The translations under genes were made by a program, and so were the position numbers. The notes below the pieces were generated by a model that was not told the origin of the DNA, did not search any database, and saw nothing but the letters and a program-made list of their open reading frames with translations. This document shows, in pieces, positions 14,280 to 20,000 of a stretch of 20,000 bases of DNA (position 1 is the stretch's first letter; every line of letters starts with the position of its first letter). Source of the stretch: an uncultured virus (IMG/VR IMGVR_UViG_3300009545_000019) (lineage: Duplodnaviria; Heunggongvirae; Uroviricota; Caudoviricetes); IMG/VR virus record IMGVR_UViG_3300009545_000019. One strand, 5' to 3'.

Positions 14280-16334
14280 AAGGAGTTCGAGGCCGAAATA
14301 GCTGATCTTCCCATCAGTCTTTCGCTTCTCGAAGCCTCTGGAGCTGAGTTCTTTGCCGAATGCCGTTTGACTCATCGGGCGTTCACCTGCTTGAGAGATC
14401 CATGTCTGGTAGCGCAGGTACAGCCGGGAGGCCTCTACGCGACCGGTACCGGTATTGCATTCATCAGCTAGGAACCGTCCGATGACGTCCTCTTCGGCGC
14501 GATACGTTGACGTCGCTTCGAGAACTATTTTGGGAGGGGTCAGGCCGAGGCGTTGCCATGCGAGACATCCGTCGACCATCCAGCGAAGGATGCGAGGGTG
14601 CTCGACTCGAAGGAGTTCTTCGAAGTTCGAGATCTTCTCAGCGTCGGAGATCGTTTCCAAGAACGGGATAAGGCGAATGCGCCGCCAGATGCCGAGGTCC
14701 GTTCCCTGGATCTTCGGTTTGTGGTTGCCTGCGACCCAGAGCTTGTGCGTGGGCTTCCAAGTGACCGGATTCTCGCGCATGAACCGCGCCGTGATGGGAT
14801 CCTTCGATGAAAGATCTTTCACGCGAGCCTCGTTCCAAACGGCGCCTTTGTCTGTCTCGCTGGTCCAGACGAAACGAGCTCCGCGAAAGGGCATGAGCTC
14901 GGCGGAATGTTCCTGGTGCTTCCGGAGGTCGAGAAGACCCATGCCGGCCTTCACGAAGTAGTCGCCGAGGATGGCTTGCATCGTGAGCAGAAATGTCGAC
15001 TTCCCGTTCGCACCGTTACCGTGGAGGAATGAAAGCGCTTCTTCTGAAACGATGCCGGTGAGAGAGTAGCCAGCCCACCGTCGAAGAAACTCACGCTCTT
15101 CGGGATCTGGCATGACGCGTTCGAGGAACGACAACCAAAGGGTAGGCTCTCCGCTACCTAGTTCGCAGCCGGCGACCTTCGAGCAAGCATCGTCCCGCCG
15201 ATGCGCACGAAGAACGCCGGTCTTCAAATCGATCGATCCGTTCCGGACATTAAGAAGCCAGGGGTCGGCGTCGAGACGGCTCGGAGCGATCATGATCGTC
15301 GGCACGCTTCGCGCGAACGCGAGCATTGATTCAACGCGAGACCTAGCTGCGCTTTCCTTCGCGTGCTTCGTGATCGCTGCCCGGCGTGCTTCGGATTCGG
15401 CCGCAGCCGCGTCGAGAAAAAAGGAACGGGCGGTCTCTTTGGCGAGTTCCTGGACCAAAAGACATTCGTCGCTTTTCCAGTGCGTCTCAGCCCATGTGAG
15501 CCAACCTAGCCCACGAGAGAAGCGCACCGTCTCTGAGTGCTGCGAAGCAAAACGAGCACCGTTACCGATGTCGTCGAGCATCGAGCCTTCTTTGTAGCGT
15601 TCGGCGCTCTGCGCGATTCTCTCGAGTTCTTCGTCGTCGAGCGGTTCCGAGCAACGCATGTTCTCGGCTGCGATCATCGTCCGGATGTCGAGACCTCGCT
15701 GACGTGCGGAACAGGCCACTCGAAAGAGTTTGTCGTTTCTTTCGCCGGTCTTGATGATGCGCTTTGCGCCGATCTCGTCAGGGTTGAGAACGTTGCCGAC
15801 GATTTCCCAAACGTTCGCACCTCCGCTCGGAAGAAAGTAGGCGCGAGACGGATCGGAACATTTTGGATCGGCCTGTATGTTCAGATCACGGAGTGTCGAT
15901 CGCCACCAAGGTTCCCAATCTTCGGCGGAGACAGGTCGCGTGAGCGGGAAAATGACACGCCATCGAACACAGCCTTCTTTTGCCGGCGAAGGCGTTTCGT
16001 AGATGATCTTGTGCTGGGGTAGTTCCCAAATTTGAACTCCTTTTTCTGCCGGTATATCGTCTAGATCGATGACAAGCTGGCTTACTTCGATGACGTTTTT
16101 CTTACTTTTTCCGCGGCCATCGAAGCGGGCGGCAGAGAACATGGGAAGAAGTAGTTTTGCTGCGGCGAACTCTTTTTCGGGGAGATGTCTACCCGGATGT
16201 GGAGTCTCTACCTTAGACCGGTTGATCAGCTCTTTGAATTTGGCCCACGTGAAGTGGTCAGGTGTCGGGTAGTCCTTTGCATGCTTGAAAAGGGAGATCG
16301 CGAACTCGCCCAGATCGTTGACGCTGGTACTCAA
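14247..16334 (-). CDS. P4/D5-family primase-helicase (primase N-domain, PriCT-like, D5_N, SF3 helicase, C-terminal wHTH)
   Basis: LVIDLDD, RWRVIFPLTRPV, GERNDKLF, Walker A HGNGANGKST, TDLGIWRRIRLIPF; 695 aa. Confidence 0.93.
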   Translation of the reverse strand: MSTSVNDLGEFAISLFKHAKDYPTPDHFTWAKFKELINRSKVETPHPGRHLPEKEFAAAKLLLPMFSAARFDGRGKSKKNVIEVSQLVIDLDDIPAEKGVQIWELPQHKIIYETPSPAKEGCVRWRVIFPLTRPVSAEDWEPWWRSTLRDLNIQADPKCSDPSRAYFLPSGGANVWEIVGNVLNPDEIGAKRIIKTGERNDKLFRVACSARQRGLDIRTMIAAENMRCSEPLDDEELERIAQSAERYKEGSMLDDIGNGARFASQHSETVRFSRGLGWLTWAETHWKSDECLLVQELAKETARSFFLDAAAAESEARRAAITKHAKESAARSRVESMLAFARSVPTIMIAPSRLDADPWLLNVRNGSIDLKTGVLRAHRRDDACSKVAGCELGSGEPTLWLSFLERVMPDPEEREFLRRWAGYSLTGIVSEEALSFLHGNGANGKSTFLLTMQAILGDYFVKAGMGLLDLRKHQEHSAELMPFRGARFVWTSETDKGAVWNEARVKDLSSKDPITARFMRENPVTWKPTHKLWVAGNHKPKIQGTDLGIWRRIRLIPFLETISDAEKISNFEELLRVEHPRILRWMVDGCLAWQRLGLTPPKIVLEATSTYRAEEDVIGRFLADECNTGTGRVEASRLYLRYQTWISQAGERPMSQTAFGKELSSRGFEKRKTDGKISYFGLELLGSQGGLRSVN

Positions 16335-16358
16335 GGGAACCTCGGCGCAAGAAGGGGC

Positions 16359-16387
16359 TTGCTCACAGACACGTGTGCCGCTATGTT
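16359..16387 (+). promoter_or_regulatory. sigma70-like promoter antisense to the primase operon
   Basis: TTGCTC-N17-TATGTT; palindrome ACACGTGT in the spacer. Confidence 0.4.
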
Positions 16388-16393
16388 CACGGG

Positions 16394-16443
16394 GACTCCT
16401 GTCGACCGGCCCCGCGTGGTGGTGTGGCCGGTCGAGTCTTTTC
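16394..16443 (+). ncRNA. Candidate ~50-nt antisense RNA / intrinsic terminator hairpin
   Basis: TCGACCGGCC/GGCCGGTCGA 10-bp stem, GACTC/GAGTC end pairing, followed by TTTT on the + strand. Confidence 0.4.
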
Positions 16444-16994
16444 TACGCTTCGTGGTCGGTCACGTCAACGGGTTGTTGTCGGCCACTTCCGGCTGCTTTT
16501 TCATCTTTCGCGAATCGACGAATCTCTTCGACGATGACGTCAATGCGGACATCTGTCTCACAGGACACGTCGTGAAGGTCGTAGTAGAAAAGGCTGTACT
16601 GAGGCGCCGGAATGTCGACACCGTTTCGTGTGGCGCGTCTTGTTCTGACCACCCAACCGGTGCTTTCCAGCCAGGCTCTGGCGATCTCGGATCGTGCCCA
16701 ATAGGCGGGAACCGTCGTATCCCGATACTTCGTAGGAACGTCGATGCGACAGCCTCTATCGATGAAAGATATGAGAGGCTCTTCGAAAGCAAACCATTCA
16801 CCCACGCCGCGCAAAGCCTTGAACTGCTGATGAAGCTGACGTTCTAGCGTCTCATCACCTTGAATAGTTGCAATCAGCTCCAGACGTTCGTGGTTGCCTG
16901 TTTGAAGACAATCCAGCCGATCGTGTGGACGACCATCAGTGAACCCGATCTTGATATGCTTCGAGATCGACGCCTGGATGAAGTAGATGGTCAT
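16443..16994 (-). CDS. GIY-YIG nuclease, T5orf172/MUG113-like, 183 aa
   Basis: IYFIQ...IKIGFT...RL..LQTGN...LERQLHQQF....GEWF; ATGA overlap with the HTH gene. Confidence 0.88.
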   Translation of the reverse strand: MTIYFIQASISKHIKIGFTDGRPHDRLDCLQTGNHERLELIATIQGDETLERQLHQQFKALRGVGEWFAFEEPLISFIDRGCRIDVPTKYRDTTVPAYWARSEIARAWLESTGWVVRTRRATRNGVDIPAPQYSLFYYDLHDVSCETDVRIDVIVEEIRRFAKDEKAAGSGRQQPVDVTDHEA

Positions 16995-17242
16995 ACCACC
17001 GTCCCCCACGTCTTCTTCGGCGGTTTCGCATCGGACGGCGTGTCCCACGAAGACATAGCGATGCCGAGCTCTTTCTCCATGCGGTAGGCGAGTTCGCGGC
17101 TCGGCTTTCGTCGGCCGTGGAGGAGGAGGGAGACGTAGCCCGCCCCTGAAGTGATGCCGAGCAAGGTCTCGACGTCCTTTTGCGACCATCCTCTTCGGCC
17201 CATCGCACCTGCGAGCGAGACCGCACCTTCGTTCATTACCAT
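16991..17242 (-). CDS. XRE/Cro-like helix-turn-helix regulator
   Basis: RGWSQKDVETLLG...YVSLLLHGRRKPSRELAYRMEKELGI. Confidence 0.88.
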   Translation of the reverse strand: MVMNEGAVSLAGAMGRRGWSQKDVETLLGITSGAGYVSLLLHGRRKPSRELAYRMEKELGIAMSSWDTPSDAKPPKKTWGTVV

Positions 17243-17289
17243 GAAGGTAAGAGGTAGCGGAAGCAGGTAGCGACCGCAAGCAAAAGTGC

Positions 17290-17324
17290 TTGACTGGTCG
17301 AAACCTGAGGCGTAGGTTCAGGTT
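17290..17324 (+). promoter_or_regulatory. sigma70 promoter with overlapping inverted-repeat operator
   Basis: TTGACT-N17-TAGGTT (17290-17318); AACCTGA-N9-TCAGGTT (17302-17324). Confidence 0.65.
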
Positions 17325-17330
17325 CCAACG

Positions 17331-17516
17331 ATGAGCCAATTCGACAATCCGAAAAAATCCGAAGAAGAGAAGGCAACACTCGCTAAGCAGATCACGGAAC
17401 AGTTTTTAGCGCTGCACTGGATGGACCGACCGGACGTCATTCATCTTGTGGGGAAAGAGTTCTGCTTTCATTGCGGCGACGAGGATTGTAGCGGCGTTTG
17501 CCAGAGGGACGACTGA
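17331..17516 (+). CDS. Small protein with C-terminal Cys4 cluster, 61 aa
   Basis: CFHC...C...C; first gene after the promoter. Confidence 0.7.
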   Translation: MSQFDNPKKSEEEKATLAKQITEQFLALHWMDRPDVIHLVGKEFCFHCGDEDCSGVCQRDD

Positions 17517-18103
17517 TGGCTTCCGAAATCGAAAAAGCCTTCGGCACCGGCGCGAACGTCGCCGCGGTGAAGGAAACCGCATCCGCCGAGAAAGTCTTCG
17601 CCGAGAAGGTGCTGGCCTTCGCGCAGACGAAACATGTCACCGATCCCGCGAGCCTCGCCGACGCCGAAGAGCTCGTGAAGCTCGTGAAGGCGAACTGGAA
17701 ACGAATCGACGAGGCGAAGAAGAGCATCGCGTCGCCGCTCTGGAACGCCCACCGGAACGTGCTCGCGTATTTTTCGCCGCCGCTCGAGATGCTCTCGAAG
17801 GCCGAGCAGCACTTGAAAACGGAGATCGCGCGGCATGCACGGGAGACGGCGGCGAAACAAATCGAGGCGATGCAGGCAGTCTCCCAAGGCGCAGACATCG
17901 TCATTCCCGCCACGACCGAGCTCTCGAAAGGGATCTCGGTCCGCACGGAGCAGCGGTGGGAAATCGTGAACGCAGACGAAGTGCCGCGTCAGTTCTGCTC
18001 GCCCGACCCGAAGAAGATTCAGGCGCACCTCGATGCCGGCGGGCTTGAGGCTATTCCGGGCATCAAGTTCGTCGACAAAGAGATCGTGACGGTGCGGGGG
18101 TGA
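17516..18103 (+). CDS. Gp157/Gam-like coiled-coil phage protein, 195 aa
   Basis: Long coiled coil, then WEIVNADEVPRQFCSPDPKKIQAHLDAGG..IPGIKF; TGATG overlap. Confidence 0.7.
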   Translation: MASEIEKAFGTGANVAAVKETASAEKVFAEKVLAFAQTKHVTDPASLADAEELVKLVKANWKRIDEAKKSIASPLWNAHRNVLAYFSPPLEMLSKAEQHLKTEIARHARETAAKQIEAMQAVSQGADIVIPATTELSKGISVRTEQRWEIVNADEVPRQFCSPDPKKIQAHLDAGGLEAIPGIKFVDKEIVTVRG

Positions 18104-18339
18104 GCGACGTAAGCATCTGCTTGATCGAGATGCCCGACGGCGAAATATTCCCGTGGCTGGGCTACCCTCCGCGTCGAGGCGAGGTTGTAACCGTTCGTGA
18201 CAATCAGTTGAGCGAGAACGGGCATTGCGAGCTACTCGTGGTCAATCGGCTGCGACACGAATTCATCAGGTACCCGAACGGCAATTGCTGCAAAACGATC
18301 GCCGTTCTTCGACGGACGTACAGAAGGAAGCCGAAATGA
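18100..18339 (+). CDS. Hypothetical protein, 79 aa (PRRGEVV motif)
   Basis: GTGA overlap. Confidence 0.65.
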   Translation: MSDVSICLIEMPDGEIFPWLGYPPRRGEVVTVRDNQLSENGHCELLVVNRLRHEFIRYPNGNCCKTIAVLRRTYRRKPK

Positions 18340-18512
18340 AGTTCAAGTCGATCGCCGTAGGTCAGCAAGAGAGTAACTACAACGTCTACGCGCTGTCCGA
18401 GGACGGCTCGATCTGGACGCTCGACTACCGGACGAAAGGCTACGGCTGGTATCGCGTCTCACCGAGCATCCAAGGCGAGCCGGAGTTCGTCGAAGCGCCG
18501 AGGGACCGATGA
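18336..18512 (+). CDS. Small beta-rich protein, 58 aa (VYALSEDGSIW)
   Basis: AAGGA SD; ATGA overlaps. Confidence 0.75.
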   Translation: MKFKSIAVGQQESNYNVYALSEDGSIWTLDYRTKGYGWYRVSPSIQGEPEFVEAPRDR

Positions 18513-18796
18513 AGACCTCGGCACGTCTTCAATGGGCTCGTGAACGGAAGGCAGACGCCGAGCGGCGCGGCGTCGTCCACGAATGGGATTCAGTCATCGG
18601 GCGGGCGGAGCTTGAAGAGGCCGCTGGCTTCGACGGCGAAGAAGAGGACTTCAAGGCTTTTATTCTCGATCTTGTGGCGGTCGCGAAGCTCGCGGCGCGA
18701 TGGTCACACGGGGATTCGGCCCTTTCGATCAACCTGTACCCGCTCCTTCGGAAGCTCAAGCCAACGATCAAGAATTCGTACGAGTACGATCGATGA
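18509..18796 (+). CDS. Hypothetical protein, 95 aa
   Basis: GAGGGA SD; ATGA overlaps. Confidence 0.7.
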   Translation: MKTSARLQWARERKADAERRGVVHEWDSVIGRAELEEAAGFDGEEEDFKAFILDLVAVAKLAARWSHGDSALSINLYPLLRKLKPTIKNSYEYDR

Positions 18797-20000
18797 CCTC
18801 CTCTATCGTTCTTACCGACGCTCCGCTCGATCAGCAATCGCGCGGGCAACTTGATGAACTCGCCCCCGACGGGTCGCCTATCTTTTCGGCGACGCAGGTC
18901 GACACGTTCCGCCTCTGCAAGCGCAAGTGGGCTTGGCGGTACCTCGACGGCATCGAATCTGAGCCGCACGCTTCCGCACAGCTCGGCACAGAGGTGCACG
19001 CGCAGCTCGAAGGTTGGCTCCGCGAAGGGAAGATGCTCGACATGTCGACACGCGCGGGGTTGATAGCAATGTCTTCTCTGCACCTGCTCCCCTCGCCGAA
19101 GTCGTGTGACGTAGAGCGGCCGTTCCTCATCGAACTGTTCGGCTTTCGCTTCCGCGGGTTCAAGGATTTCGAGCGCGGGCCGGAGATTCATCGATCCAAC
19201 GGAACATGGATTTCCGGCTTCGTGGGCGATCACAAGACTTCGACCGATCCTTCGAAATGGGGCAAGAGCGCCGATGATCTTCGGAACGACACGCAGGCCA
19301 TCCTCTATGCGGCCGAGCACATGCACCGGTTCGAGGCCCCTTCGGTGGAGCTGCACTGGAATTACCTCCGTACGAGCGGGAGCCCGAAGGCGACGCCGGT
19401 GCTCGACGGCACGTGGGAACGTGACGATGAAGGAAACGTGGCATGGATGCCGAACGGCCGTCGGCCGGTCATCACACGCGGCGAATGCGAACCAGTCCTC
19501 GAACGGACCTATAACGCAGCGAAGGAGATGGCCTCCATTTGTGCGCAAGCTTCGGCGAAAGACCTTGCGGCAATCTCTCGAGAAGATCGCGTGTTGCCGC
19601 CGCACGCTCTCTCCCTCGAGCCGAACGCCGCCGCCTGCCAAGCTTTCGGGGGATGCCCCCATATTGAACGATGCAACCTTTCAGCGAATGACAAAATCAG
19701 GAGCCTATTCAAAATGAACGACAAAGAAGCCCTTCTCGCGAAAATGGCAAACAATCCTCAACTTCCGCCCGCAGGGCCGCCGGCCGCCGCGCCTGCGATC
19801 AATCCGCCGACCGCGCCGAGCCCGTTCGTGGATGGCACGCCGTTCAATGACGGAAAAGACTGGCATCTGCCGGGCACGCCGGGGTACTTGGCGTGGAAGG
19901 CATTCTTCGCGGCGCAGGCTGCGTCGACAGGGACGCCGGCAGCGGCGCCGTCCACGCAACCGACGGATGCGACAATCAAGCATCTCACGCCTGCGCAGGA
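18793..20000 (+). CDS. Cas4/RecB-like PD-(D/E)xK exonuclease with Fe-S cysteines and Pro/Ala-rich tail (runs off right edge)
   Basis: Open frame from ATG 18793 to the end, absent from ORF track: SATQVDTFRLCKRKW, GTEVH, GFKD, DHKT, QAILY, CQAFGGCPHIERC. Confidence 0.88.
   Translation, partial: MTSSIVLTDAPLDQQSRGQLDELAPDGSPIFSATQVDTFRLCKRKWAWRYLDGIESEPHASAQLGTEVHAQLEGWLREGKMLDMSTRAGLIAMSSLHLLPSPKSCDVERPFLIELFGFRFRGFKDFERGPEIHRSNGTWISGFVGDHKTSTDPSKWGKSADDLRNDTQAILYAAEHMHRFEAPSVELHWNYLRTSGSPKATPVLDGTWERDDEGNVAWMPNGRRPVITRGECEPVLERTYNAAKEMASICAQASAKDLAAISREDRVLPPHALSLEPNAAACQAFGGCPHIERCNLSANDKIRSLFKMNDKEALLAKMANNPQLPPAGPPAAAPAINPPTAPSPFVDGTPFNDGKDWHLPGTPGYLAWKAFFAAQAASTGTPAAAPSTQPTDATIKHLTPAQ

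Larger units (their letters stand above)
1..20000. mobile_element. Bacteriophage/provirus genome segment, possibly a tailless jelly-roll-capsid virus
   Basis: Dense short ORFs with ATGA/TGATG overlaps, P4-type primase-helicase, XRE HTH, Cas4-like exonuclease, Gp157-like protein and ParB-like genes; no cellular core genes. Confidence 0.9.

Noticed and set aside
16995..17339. N-terminal extension of the GIY-YIG ORF to 298 aa
   Set aside because: Overlaps the HTH gene and promoter region; ATG 16994 with ATGA coupling is the better start
18529..19662. 377-aa minus-strand ORF
   Set aside because: Antisense to the Cas4-like nuclease, which has clear catalytic motifs
1..20000. tRNA, rRNA, integrase, terminase, IS elements
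   Set aside because: No recognisable cloverleaf, rRNA sequence, recombinase/terminase motifs or transposase seen

Overview
The window is a segment of a GC-rich bacterial virus or provirus with no host housekeeping genes; a Myxococcota-like host is my inference from GC content and sigma54-type promoter motifs. (1) Left end, minus strand (1-2075): a probable virion module with membrane proteins, a beta-rich jelly-roll-like capsid candidate and a transglutaminase-like Cys protease. No tail, portal or terminase genes are visible. (2) Two divergent operons of many small genes run outward from a ~410-bp non-coding region (6693-7101) that has a sigma54-like promoter at each edge. Each operon carries a ParB-like gene, and the left one also has a J-domain gene. 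(3) Replication module: P4/D5-type primase-helicase with an iteron-like origin, a GIY-YIG (T5orf172-like) protein and an XRE HTH. (4) Divergent recombination module: a Gp157/Gam-like protein and a Cas4/RecB-like exonuclease that runs off the right end. The most striking unexplained signal is a cassette-like organisation of the early small genes. At least four sit behind the same covarying intergenic element (stop codon, AAC/GAC, bulged GC hairpin, TTGRGGCGTTR-like tail, SD, ATG), and there is a second repeated leader plus a duplicated gene start. A highly structured RNA lies upstream of the capsid candidate, and a probable ~50-nt antisense RNA lies upstream of the primase. All family calls come from motif recognition by eye; no searches were run.
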